Shown in pieces: positions 44,801 through 53,321 of a stretch of DNA of 64,000 nt (its first letter is position 1; each line of letters opens with the position of its first letter). The notes beneath the pieces were generated by a model that ran no database searches, was not told where the DNA came from, and saw nothing but the letters and a program-made list of their open reading frames with translations. The translations under genes were made by a program, and so were the position numbers. The stretch lies in IMG/VR virus record IMGVR_UViG_3300046000_006880. One strand, 5' to 3'. Source of the stretch: an uncultured virus (IMG/VR IMGVR_UViG_3300046000_006880). Lineage: Duplodnaviria > Heunggongvirae > Uroviricota > Caudoviricetes.

Positions 44801-46991
44801 TTTGTAGTCTCATTGCAAATTCTGGAAATATTGGAATTTTTCCATTTGCAAAACCTGGAATATTTCCAGCAACTAGTCCTGCAACCATTCCTGGATATTT
44901 TTTTACACTTGCTGCTGGTATTACTGCTTCACCATTTGAAACCATTGCTGGAATAGAATCTGAAGTACCATTTCCTGGACCAGTGATAATTCCACCATTT
45001 GCAAGTTTTCTTGGAATTCTCATCATTCCAGGATTGATCGCTGCAAACCTTGCTCCTGCTGCTGCTGCTGATTGATATGCAGCAATAAGTTTATTTAATT
45101 CTGCAGTCTCAACTGTAAATTGTTGTGTGAGTCTTGCATGTGACTGATTAAGTGAATGTGCTGCGGCAGCTGCTTCTAGTTGCTCGGTTGTCATGTACTG
45201 TGTTTGTTCACCAAGATTTTTTGATTGCCCTGTTAAATTTTGATAACCAGTACGAAGTGTTAAGAATAATTTCATTATATTTGCAACACCGTTTGCAAGT
45301 AAACCAAAAGTCATAAGTAGTATTGGTCCAAGACCACCAATAACAGTTACCATTACGGTAATTGCTTTTTTAGTTCCATCGGAAAGATCTGCAAATCTGC
45401 TTGCAATTTTTGAAACAAAGTCAAGAACAGGAGTTACTGCTTCTAGAAATGCTTGTCCTACTGGAATTATTGCAGCCTTAAGATCTTCAACAGATTTTTT
45501 AAATTTATTCATTGATGAATTGGCTGTAATGCCTAATTCTTTATTTGATAAAGATGCAAGTTCTTGTACCGATGATCCTGCTAAATCTAAAACTCTAGAA
45601 GCTTGTGTTCCATCTTTAGTTACGTTTTGAAATAATGTAGACAAACGAGCAAACTGAAATTTACCAAACATCTGTTCAATGGCTCTGGCCCTCTGTAAAG
45701 GTGCAAGAGTATCAAGTGCTTGAGCAAAACCAATTACAGTAGCTTTTAGATCGCCTTTGTTATTTTCTACAATACCATTAATATCAATGCCCAGTCCCTG
45801 AAACATTGCTCTTGCTTTTGTACTTGGATTAATTAATGATGCAAGGCCAGACTTAAGTGCGTTAGCTCCTTCTGATGCATTTACTCCGCCTTCTTTCATA
45901 GCAGTGAGGAAGAATGCTAAATCTTTTACATCTCCACCAAGTTGCTGAATAATTGGTGCAACTTTTGGAATTGCAATTGTTACGTCGTCAAGAGATAAAA
46001 CAGTCTGGTTTTCTACTGCGTTAAGAAAATCAATGCTATTGGCAAGATTGGCACTTGAAGTTCCAAATGCATTTTGTAAAGAAATTGTAGTTTGAAGAGC
46101 CTGTTGATTATCAATTTGTCCAAGGACCGATAGTCTTGTTGCTTCTGTTGTCTGGCGTTGTAGATCTAGCCCTTTAAAGCCTGCTGCAGCCGCATCAGCG
46201 GCCAAACCAACAGTATCTGCAACTGCTATACCATATTTAGTAAACTCGCTTGCAAGGGCCTGTACGTCTGCTAGAGCTTGTTGTGTTTCTTCTTGTGGAG
46301 TAAATAAATCTCCATATACCTTTTTAAATTTAAGTGCTTGTGCTTCCATCTTCATAAAGGCTTGGGATGCAGCAGAGCCAACAGCCATAAGTGGCAGGGT
46401 AAAACCAACCATTAACTGACGTCCAGCCCACTGTGTATTTTTACCAAAGTTTAATAGATTAGTTGAACCTTGCTTCATTAGCTGATTAAACAGTGCTTGT
46501 TTCTGTGCAGCAATTTGAGTCTGTGTTGCAAAGTTACCCATATCTAACTGATTAGGAATAATAGCAATAGCTTTCATTACTCCAGAAGCATCTCTGCCCA
46601 TCTTAATGTATTGGGTTTGAAGTTTCTTTACCCGATCTTCTGCTACCTTGCCAATTGTGTCATACTCTGATTTAAATAATCTACCAAATGTTTTTGTAGA
46701 TGCTCCAGCATAACGGAAATATTCTCGCATTGAGAACTTGTTCTTTTCAAGAGAGCTAGTAAAAGACTCTGATGTTGTTTTTACATTGCGGAGTTCTGCA
46801 GAAAAAGATCCAATAGCATTTACGCTACTAAGAAAATTTCTCTGCAGATCCCTTTGTGCAAGTGCTGCTGCTGAACTTGATTTAGCTATTGAAGAGTGAA
46901 ACTGAGATATCTGACGTTGTAGGTCCTTAAGTTGGCCCAATGCTTTGGACGTGTCAATATTTACGCCAATATTAGCATTTACATCAGCCAT
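41895..46991 (-). CDS. Tape measure protein
   Basis: 1698 aa, helical Ala-rich, TP901-type core (ASEGANALKSGL), hydrophobic Gly-rich segments, follows the tail chaperones. Confidence 0.95.
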   Translation of the reverse strand: MADVNANIGVNIDTSKALGQLKDLQRQISQFHSSIAKSSSAAALAQRDLQRNFLSSVNAIGSFSAELRNVKTTSESFTSSLEKNKFSMREYFRYAGASTKTFGRLFKSEYDTIGKVAEDRVKKLQTQYIKMGRDASGVMKAIAIIPNQLDMGNFATQTQIAAQKQALFNQLMKQGSTNLLNFGKNTQWAGRQLMVGFTLPLMAVGSAASQAFMKMEAQALKFKKVYGDLFTPQEETQQALADVQALASEFTKYGIAVADTVGLAADAAAAGFKGLDLQRQTTEATRLSVLGQIDNQQALQTTISLQNAFGTSSANLANSIDFLNAVENQTVLSLDDVTIAIPKVAPIIQQLGGDVKDLAFFLTAMKEGGVNASEGANALKSGLASLINPSTKARAMFQGLGIDINGIVENNKGDLKATVIGFAQALDTLAPLQRARAIEQMFGKFQFARLSTLFQNVTKDGTQASRVLDLAGSSVQELASLSNKELGITANSSMNKFKKSVEDLKAAIIPVGQAFLEAVTPVLDFVSKIASRFADLSDGTKKAITVMVTVIGGLGPILLMTFGLLANGVANIMKLFLTLRTGYQNLTGQSKNLGEQTQYMTTEQLEAAAAAHSLNQSHARLTQQFTVETAELNKLIAAYQSAAAAGARFAAINPGMMRIPRKLANGGIITGPGNGTSDSIPAMVSNGEAVIPAASVKKYPGMVAGLVAGNIPGFANGKIPIFPEFAMRLQNKTENMKQKAGATDVPSVLSNLIARIGESRGIAPTQSNIRVGKFDPIAKEYENLTKSFVDKLNLDLDTTYKDIKDSNERFASAWTNAGQTVEKEVNQIASEAERGVVRKTFGLDPDVYGTIPTEARKPGETNPSRGRRGAFQTKLFGTRSYTAIRPGVKTLYERMTGNSAADLQMGHVFKPQMTDIASLQANPMASGSVSKAAQVMNGQAAEISNGAIKSAAKAAGTASPSKKTIPIGEDIARGLEVGMKKRKKNVKTQAEQLSSTAVNGTRTGARRATRGQGPAPIGPIIPAGTQELSVIPRPQAQNTSVAGRMRGGMGRVGGLGGGLGLLGANMALGSMPDFAGKGVIQSTMTGANMGMLFGPWGTAAGAAIGLVSSALVTLISKEKEHDATVKATFTASTEVIKMFGDTALDTSLKITSITDSSKTLKDSLGFLSPEIQNMVASIKALPEDDPISKFIKNISSNKSDLQSVTGSIRSQVTSAIATGGLDPKNAQQYVQVLLAAANRTKDFGAVWQSVSKDVVDAQTATTKSLNKLDTLIQKNGDSFLYNVNVAGEFAKSYKELTAVQKAFADQLLNIFSITSNGSLTFDQMKQRIDGVNASSLNAKIGVIALSTAINNSGNKDAIDRLNQIKEVYKSAGLAAKLSAGQIMLANAVMQTTPIERDEKGNIRIPAVRSFAEKNNLMRKTSLAKQIEAYAKSKDFKELYDQTQKTLAEMFGGIEDGGSAGGTNTDVLSKQAKLTIARLQQELVQKKKIRDASKESADEVKREYEYQQKLMQLQQEAVQAKISGNYIGAAIIDQQKSFQRAEFNKETASIALDKKITDLENRISELTAGARVTNAETALNKAKAKGNYMGGLIKGPGTGTSDSIAARFASGGLPQLRVSNGEYIVKADSVKNYGVGFMDAINNQKVGTSNSSTSMGGAVYNIDMTINGGSSNPSEIANQVIRKLKLETSKNNKSNAVMM

Positions 46992-47013
46992 GCATCACCT
47001 CTTTTAAGTTTTA

Positions 47014-47334
47014 TTATTCAAATGCAAGAGTGTTTGCTACAGATCCAAGTTCAATTCCTGATGCTGCTTCAACAATCTTATAGACCGTAGGAAGATCAAG
47101 AATTTCTTCAAGTGCTTCCAAGTCTTTTGCCAATTCTGGCTTGTACTGCTGCATAGCAATTTGAACACACTCAACAAGAAGAGTCATTGACTTTTCATTG
47201 TTATCCGCCACCGCTGCTACTCCTTCAAACTTCTTCATGAACGGGCGAAGCAAAGAAATTTTAAGAGGTCTAACCTCAATCTTTGTCCCATCAATGAGAG
47301 TAAGTTCGTTCCCCTCGTGTACTTTTGTTGCCAT
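47014..47334 (-). CDS. Tail assembly chaperone, short (G-like) form
   Basis: Between tail tube and tape measure; strong AGGAGG SD; homologous to the N-half of 47362-48066. Confidence 0.8.
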   Translation of the reverse strand: MATKVHEGNELTLIDGTKIEVRPLKISLLRPFMKKFEGVAAVADNNEKSMTLLVECVQIAMQQYKPELAKDLEALEEILDLPTVYKIVEAASGIELGSVANTLAFE

Positions 47335-47361
47335 TCGTTCCTCCTATGTAGGCTTAGTCAA

Positions 47362-48066
47362 TTATAGCATAACGGAGGGGTCTCTAGCGTCTTCATAATC
47401 AAGACCCATGTTAATTCCAAAACCTGCAGATGATGCTTTAGGTCCTTGAAAAGATAGAATATCATTTGAATCATTTGTTTGACCTTGGCTAAATACTCTA
47501 GCCTTCATGTCTTCCCATTGCTTTTGTCCTTTATCTTGTTCTCCTTCAAGGTCAACTCCTTGAATGGCTGCCAAGAATTTCTTTTCCTCATAATCTAATT
47601 CTCTTTTGCTTTCTATGGTTGCCAGTAGTTCGGGCATAGAAAGAGATATTTCTAGTTCACGATAGTCTTTCCATATGCCCAATAAAAAAACTTCGGACTC
47701 TAATTTAGCAAGATCAAATGTATCCCAAGTTACTCCATTTTCTACTGCTTGATCTTTTACTGCTTCTTCTGATTTATTGTTTATTTTTATACCGCCTGCA
47801 ATATCTAAAACCTCATATATGTTTGGAAGGTCAAGGTTGTCCTCAAGGTCTTCAGTACTTCTAGATATAGAAGGATAATATTGTTTCATGGCTATTCTTG
47901 CACATTCTGCTAATAAGCCAATTGCTTCATCATCATTTTTAGCAGTACGAACTAACTGAAAAGCATCCATAAACTCACGAAGGTATTTTATCTTTAAAGG
48001 CATTGCCTCAATTTCTCTACCATCAATGAGTTTAATTATTTTGTTATTATATATTTTTGTAGCCAT
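47362..48066 (-). CDS. Tail assembly chaperone, long (GT-like) form
   Basis: N-half aligns with the short chaperone; C-half (FDLAKLESEVFLLGIWKDYRELE..MPEL) is T-like. Start taken as MATKIY. Confidence 0.75.
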   Translation of the reverse strand: MATKIYNNKIIKLIDGREIEAMPLKIKYLREFMDAFQLVRTAKNDDEAIGLLAECARIAMKQYYPSISRSTEDLEDNLDLPNIYEVLDIAGGIKINNKSEEAVKDQAVENGVTWDTFDLAKLESEVFLLGIWKDYRELEISLSMPELLATIESKRELDYEEKKFLAAIQGVDLEGEQDKGQKQWEDMKARVFSQGQTNDSNDILSFQGPKASSAGFGINMGLDYEDARDPSVML

Positions 48067-48092
48067 AGAATTCAATTTTATCATATAGAAAC

Positions 48093-48120
48093 AACAAAAC
48101 CCACTATTTTCATAGTGGGC
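48093..48120 (-). terminator. Intrinsic terminator after the major tail gene
   Basis: Minus strand CCCACTAT-GAAA-ATAGTGGG followed by TTTTGTTG. Confidence 0.8.
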
Positions 48121-48143
48121 TAAGTCGTATAATTTATGTTAAA

Positions 48144-48785
48144 TTATGATGCTGGTGTCCAGGTACGATCTACGATCTTACCATATGAACCAGAAACATC
48201 TTCTGGAAGTAGACGGAATGAAACTTCAAACATTGAAGCCTCATCACGCTTTGCAGATACTGTAACATTTTCAATTGAAAGTGCACGGTATGCAACATAG
48301 ACTCGCTCTACATAAGCAGAGTTATCGCAATCGCCTGTGCCAGGACCAACAGCAACAATTCCACGCTCTACTGGACATTCGCCAATAGTGCCTGCAGAAA
48401 GGTTGAGAGTACGGCCAGCTGATTGTGACTTTGTGCCTGAAAGATTTGAGTCTGAGTATGCCAAAGACAATAGAAGATTTTCTAGTGTAGCTTCAGCAAA
48501 AGCAGTAGCTAGATTAACTTGCATTCCCTGCTTGTAAAGTTTTGCAACGTCAAGAACCTGATCTACTGCAACCTCACCAAAATCTGGTTGGAATTGTAGC
48601 TCAAGACCATTCATTGTGTATCCGACATTTGTGTAATCTGCATCATCTGAGAGGGTAGTCTTATATGATTCTGATCCTACAAGTGGGGTATCTGTAAATA
48701 CGTCTGCGTCAAGTGTTGTATCTGCTATAAAAAGAGCAGCTGCACCAACGATAATGTTGGTAGATGTACCACGACTATATGCCAT
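48144..48785 (-). CDS. Major tail (tube) protein
   Basis: NIIVGAA, VGYTMNGLEL..QPD, EATLENL and FEVSFRLLP; strong SD, own promoter and terminator. Confidence 0.88.
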   Translation of the reverse strand: MAYSRGTSTNIIVGAAALFIADTTLDADVFTDTPLVGSESYKTTLSDDADYTNVGYTMNGLELQFQPDFGEVAVDQVLDVAKLYKQGMQVNLATAFAEATLENLLLSLAYSDSNLSGTKSQSAGRTLNLSAGTIGECPVERGIVAVGPGTGDCDNSAYVERVYVAYRALSIENVTVSAKRDEASMFEVSFRLLPEDVSGSYGKIVDRTWTPAS

Positions 48786-48863
48786 ATTTTCACCTCTTTT
48801 TTCTAAATAGGTTTATTAAGTTGTTTGGCGCTTGTTTCCTCAAAATTAATTATAACAGCATTT

Positions 48864-49397
48864 TTAAGTATATAGGGAATCTTTTGTATGATAATCATAC
48901 TCAATAATTAGTTTACCCCGCCAGTTAAACTTGACAGATCCTAGCTCAACTAGGTCCCTAGTCTCATCTACTTGGAAAACCTTAAAACGATGAAAAAATA
49001 CATTTATAGGAGGTATTTTATCGGGATTTTGAATAAGCCATAGATTAACATCTTCTGCGGCTGCATCTTCTCTATCTAGGGCTTCTGCAATTATTCTTGC
49101 TATATTGAATCCCTGAGCATCATCCGAAGAGTGAATGGTATAAACCAATTGCTCTCTTTTATGTCTATACATTGTGTCTTGTCTATATCTAGCTAATCTA
49201 TCATATGCTATTAAAAATGCATCTCCAGTTACAGTGATTTCTCCAAATAGGTCATCTAGGTTGGTGGACTGTACTGGAACTATTGGATCTATTCCCTCAA
49301 TACCCGTAACTATTCCAAAATCTTTTAACTGAGCAATAATATATTTATTGATAAAAAGAGGTGGAAACCCTGTTTCAGTGGCTGCGTTAAAAGTCAT
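48864..49397 (-). CDS. Tail terminator/completion-like protein
   Basis: Position immediately upstream of the tail tube gene and typical size. Confidence 0.55.
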   Translation of the reverse strand: MTFNAATETGFPPLFINKYIIAQLKDFGIVTGIEGIDPIVPVQSTNLDDLFGEITVTGDAFLIAYDRLARYRQDTMYRHKREQLVYTIHSSDDAQGFNIARIIAEALDREDAAAEDVNLWLIQNPDKIPPINVFFHRFKVFQVDETRDLVELGSVKFNWRGKLIIEYDYHTKDSLYT

Positions 49398-49401
49398 GGT
49401 T

Positions 49402-50079
49402 CTATTCTACTCCCATATGTGCATTTGCTATCCATTTAAATCCAGTGTTAACTCCAACAGCCTTACCAGACTTTGATCCTTTTTTAATGTTTTGTTTATA
49501 AAGAATTGGATTATTTATGTAAGACTTTAATCCCGATGATGCTAAAAATGATTGTCTAAAATAAACGTTAAAAAATTCATCAACGGCACGTTCAAAGGAT
49601 CCTGAAACGTAGTCTCCTCCAGGATTGTCAATAGTAATATCATTGCTTGTAAAAACGGTTTCTCCGTTAGATTCAAATACTAAAACTTTTGATTTCTTGG
49701 GAGATATTTTTACTGGTATACCATCTTCCATTATTTTTGCTTTATTATAAAAAGGTGTTGATGATCCCTGAGACAAGGAACTTGACTGTTTAAATGTTGA
49801 CATAAAGGATAATCCTAAATTGCTTACAGTATAATCAAAGTCAAAAAGTCTAGCATTAGGACTTCCAGTTTTATACCATTCATAAATATGATGAAGTGCT
49901 TTTGGGTTTGATCTTGCTTCAGCATCAACGTATTGTTTTAATACTAAAATTGTGCTTTTACCAAGATTTTTTAAAAAAACACTTTTGCCCTTTTGAGCAC
50001 CATCTAAAAACCCAATAGAATAATTTGCTATATTTAAAATAGATTTTTCAAATTCTTTAGCATTAAGAGAAACTCTCAT
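49402..50079 (-). CDS. Neck / tail completion protein
   Basis: Position in the head-tail joining module; LHHIYEW motif. Confidence 0.55.
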   Translation of the reverse strand: MRVSLNAKEFEKSILNIANYSIGFLDGAQKGKSVFLKNLGKSTILVLKQYVDAEARSNPKALHHIYEWYKTGSPNARLFDFDYTVSNLGLSFMSTFKQSSSLSQGSSTPFYNKAKIMEDGIPVKISPKKSKVLVFESNGETVFTSNDITIDNPGGDYVSGSFERAVDEFFNVYFRQSFLASSGLKSYINNPILYKQNIKKGSKSGKAVGVNTGFKWIANAHMGVE

Positions 50080-50528
50080 TAGTCACCAACTGTCTGATTT
50101 TCTGATCTACGCCACATCATGTAATAGTATTCAATGCTTTGTAAGCCACCAATAAAAGGTTCTATTGTGGCGAGTTCATAGATTGTTCCTCTGCCATTTC
50201 TTGGTCCCGCAGTTTCTCTATATACAAGGTTATCTTGTGGAAGCCTTATATTTGTTATTAATACGTTTGTTATAGCATTATTATCATTTTTAGAAGAAGT
50301 TCTAATATCAGTTTTAGATCTTGCTACTAATTTTCCATCCGTCTGAAGAAATATTGCAGGACTCATTTCTTCCTGAGTTCTTTTTGTAATTGGCTGGGCA
50401 TTGCATGTAATTGTTTTATCAAATACCCAATCTTTTATTGCCTTGCCATATTCATTTTGTTTAATTATTGCATAATAAACATCAGCAAGCATTGGGTACA
50501 TAAAGTCTGGTTTATCACAATTCATCAC
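50079..50528 (-). CDS. Head closure (stopper)-like protein
   Basis: Position after the adaptor; QNEYG..IKDW pattern. Confidence 0.55.
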   Translation of the reverse strand: MMNCDKPDFMYPMLADVYYAIIKQNEYGKAIKDWVFDKTITCNAQPITKRTQEEMSPAIFLQTDGKLVARSKTDIRTSSKNDNNAITNVLITNIRLPQDNLVYRETAGPRNGRGTIYELATIEPFIGGLQSIEYYYMMWRRSENQTVGD

Positions 50529-51502
50529 AGCATCCCAGGTGTACGCAAATTTGTAATGTATTTATCAAGAATAATATCAACTAGAATGTTTCCAGTTCCA
50601 AAGAACTTAGATGAGTCATATTTTAGTTTAAATTGATCTGTTTCATATTCACTAACATAAGATTTGTAGTGATCCATTCTTCCGCACTTAAGGTCATCAA
50701 TCATCATTCCTACTGCATCACGTACATCATTTGGAATAACTTTATACCCTGAATCATAATCAATTATATAATCAAAACCTTCTGGAAATGAAACTGCTGT
50801 ATTTTTTGTGTTTGTCCACATGTTGTCATAATTTTCATATGGTGCATATGTATAAAATGAGTCTGACCCTGCATCTCTATACTTAAGTGGTTTTCTTTCT
50901 GCACGATCTTTTGATTCATAGTAAGATGAGTCTGTAGGAATTTTAACAATTGCAGTTCTATCTTTTGTAACTGCATAATCAAATCCATTTAGAGCTGGTC
51001 CATCTACTGTATCTGTAATGTCATACACAAGTTGCCCATTTTCATAAACTTGATTAATCTTATAAATTGTTCCCCAAACAGGGATATAATCAGTTCCTTG
51101 ACCAACAACCTCAAGAATTTTCTTTTCAAATGTAAAGCCTCGGTTAATTAATGAATCAACAATTGCTCTAGCAATACGTTCATTATATGTTGCTTCTGCA
51201 ATTTCTGTTGCAGTTGTGCCTAGTGTATTTGGATCAACATATGGTCTAATAATACTAAGAATGTCTTGAACAAGAATATCTTCTTCGGAATCTTCAAATA
51301 TTTGTACCGAGTAATCGTGATCATAAGTAATAAAATCACCCGTCAAAGTAAAAGTAATCTGAGAGTTTGCATCAGATGTGATTGTTTCAGATACCTCAAT
51401 TGTTTTAGGGGCATTTTCAATAGTAAACAGGTAGTCTGTATCTGGTAAAGGAACGTCATACTTAATCTCAATAGGGTATGGTGGGAGTCTTAGAATTATC
51501 AT
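50525..51502 (-). CDS. Head-tail adaptor protein
   Basis: ARAIVDS, GYKVIPNDVRDA and TGNILVDIILDKY adaptor-like motifs, with an extra N-terminal domain. Confidence 0.7.
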   Translation of the reverse strand: MIILRLPPYPIEIKYDVPLPDTDYLFTIENAPKTIEVSETITSDANSQITFTLTGDFITYDHDYSVQIFEDSEEDILVQDILSIIRPYVDPNTLGTTATEIAEATYNERIARAIVDSLINRGFTFEKKILEVVGQGTDYIPVWGTIYKINQVYENGQLVYDITDTVDGPALNGFDYAVTKDRTAIVKIPTDSSYYESKDRAERKPLKYRDAGSDSFYTYAPYENYDNMWTNTKNTAVSFPEGFDYIIDYDSGYKVIPNDVRDAVGMMIDDLKCGRMDHYKSYVSEYETDQFKLKYDSSKFFGTGNILVDIILDKYITNLRTPGML

Positions 51503-51504
51503 AA

Positions 51505-51846
51505 TTATTTACCGTAGTACTTTGCCACTTCTTGAGGTGTCGCTGTGCGAACCTTGTTGTGGGTAAGCCACTTTTCGGAAACCTCCTTGGTTACAATGTT
51601 ATAGCCTTTTATGATTTCTCCAACACCATTCCAGAAAATATTACGTTCTGAAAAGAGTGCTACTTTTTCATTAATTAGCTTTTCTGCTTTTGGGTTTACT
51701 GTTGACTCTTGTTTTGGAGTCCAACTAGAAATTACTTCAAGCATGTGAACTTTTGTTGTTACCCCAAACAAATCAATGTTATTTTTCTTTGCATAAGACT
51801 TTATTTCCATAACAGTCTTTTTAGATAAATCTTCAATAATAGACAT
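51505..51846 (-). CDS. Hypothetical protein with N-terminal Rho-N/HeH-like helical motif
   Basis: LSKKTVMEIKSYAKKNNIDL..TKVHMLEVI; own promoter and AGGAGG SD. Confidence 0.65.
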   Translation of the reverse strand: MSIIEDLSKKTVMEIKSYAKKNNIDLFGVTTKVHMLEVISSWTPKQESTVNPKAEKLINEKVALFSERNIFWNGVGEIIKGYNIVTKEVSEKWLTHNKVRTATPQEVAKYYGK

Positions 51847-51874
51847 TAATTCCTCCTATGTTATTATACCAGAA

Positions 51875-52111
51875 TTAGCGTCGTCTTCCTCTACCAAAAT
51901 TATTTTGCATTGGTAAACGAATTCCATTTGGTGTTCCCGATGGATTTACAGCATTAGGTCCCGATGTTTCTCCAAGAGTTGCTCCTGAAGCTCCAAGTGT
52001 ATTAACTTGTAGACCACTAGATCCCATAATAATAACACCTGGATTTCCTAATGTAACAATTGCTCCTTCGCCATTGTGACTATGATCAATTGGTTCACCT
52101 GGATAAGACAT
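51875..52111 (-). CDS. Small protein homologous to the N-arm of the major capsid protein
   Basis: Shares YPG....H.H.G.GA and TSG.NAVNP.GTP.GI.LP.Q with the capsid N-terminus; GGGAG SD. Confidence 0.75.
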   Translation of the reverse strand: MSYPGEPIDHSHNGEGAIVTLGNPGVIIMGSSGLQVNTLGASGATLGETSGPNAVNPSGTPNGIRLPMQNNFGRGRRR

Positions 52112-52128
52112 TTTATTCTCCCTATAAA

Positions 52129-52167
52129 TGACTGAAGGGAACGGCTTTTACACCGTTCCCCAAGTCA
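52129..52167 (-). terminator. Stem-loop after the capsid gene (weak terminator or mRNA stabiliser)
   Basis: Minus strand GACTTGGGGAACGG-TGTAAAAG-CCGTTCCCTTCAGTC with only a short T run. Confidence 0.55.
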
Positions 52168-52180
52168 ATCGTTTTAGCGA

Positions 52181-53293
52181 TTATGAGTTATTTGCTGCTG
52201 TTGCGTATGCAACTGCGTCAAGTTCTTCCCATTGTAGACCAAAGCGGACGAATACTGTGTATTCAATTGTGTCCTTCTTTGGTTGGTAGAAACGGTTTAC
52301 AGTGATATCACGTTGGAATCCCCATACACGGTTCTGTGGGAATGTAAGATCTACATATCCTGCAGGGTAGTAAGGAACTTCTTGGACTTCAACACCGAGA
52401 ACACGAGTTGTACGTGCTCCACCAAATGTCTGAGCATTGCCATCAAGGTATGCTTGACGGTTTGCAGGTGTACCTGCTGGCTTACCAGCAAATGCTTCTG
52501 CGATTGCATCAGCCAATGTACCATTATTTTTAATGATACCCTGGAATGCGTCTGTACCAGCATAGAACTTAAGATTGTTCTTGATTGCACGATACTTACG
52601 TGGCATTGCGAGGATAATGTTTTGCATAACCTCTGTTGTCCATGCGTTGTCAGCAACAGTTACCATTGACTCGTGTGAGTCTCCGCCCTGTACTTTTTCA
52701 ACAAAGCCTTCCATGATTGAAAGGAATGATCCTGTTGCACCGTCACCGTTGATCGCAAGATCTTCAATGTCGTTTGCAAAAGCATTTGTCATCAAACGTA
52801 CGAGATGGTCTTCAAGAGCGCCGCCTTCTACGTTATCTTCTAGTGCTTCTGTTGATACTTCCCAGTCAAGACGAATCTTCTTTGTAGTCAATTCAACCTT
52901 TGAGAAAGTTGCGCCTGCATTTGTAAATGTAGGGTCTGCTTGTGCTGCTGCACGAATTACACGCTCACCAACGTTAACTTTTTCAAGTTCCATTGTATTT
53001 GCTCGCATTGTAACTCTACGTCCATCTTTAGCGAGAACTGTAGCATCCCACACATAATCAATGAAGCGACGTGCTTGTTCAGGCAATAGGATTCCACCTG
53101 GTGTGCCGACAGGGTTAACTGCGTTTGCACCTGATGTTCCGTAATTTGCTCCAGCAATATTTCCTAGAATGCCTTCACGACCACTTACGATGGTTGCGGG
53201 AGCACCGTCTGAACCTGATGCTACTGCACCTGATCCATCATGACCATGACTAGTTGTAGTTCCTGGATAGTTTTTTACGATATCTTCTGACAT
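52181..53293 (-). CDS. Major capsid protein (HK97 fold)
   Basis: GGILLPEQARRFID, STEALEDN, AFANDIEDLAINGD and IEYTVFVRFG; AGGAGGTG SD before ATG 53293. Confidence 0.93.
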   Translation of the reverse strand: MSEDIVKNYPGTTTSHGHDGSGAVASGSDGAPATIVSGREGILGNIAGANYGTSGANAVNPVGTPGGILLPEQARRFIDYVWDATVLAKDGRRVTMRANTMELEKVNVGERVIRAAAQADPTFTNAGATFSKVELTTKKIRLDWEVSTEALEDNVEGGALEDHLVRLMTNAFANDIEDLAINGDGATGSFLSIMEGFVEKVQGGDSHESMVTVADNAWTTEVMQNIILAMPRKYRAIKNNLKFYAGTDAFQGIIKNNGTLADAIAEAFAGKPAGTPANRQAYLDGNAQTFGGARTTRVLGVEVQEVPYYPAGYVDLTFPQNRVWGFQRDITVNRFYQPKKDTIEYTVFVRFGLQWEELDAVAYATAANNS

Positions 53294-53321
53294 ATTGTTC
53301 ACCTCCTAGTGATTTTTTATG

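Noticed and set aside
47014..48066. Programmed frameshift joining the chaperone ORFs
   Set aside because: The long form is already a single ORF and the short form is downstream with its own promoter and SD, so a frameshift is not needed to explain them.
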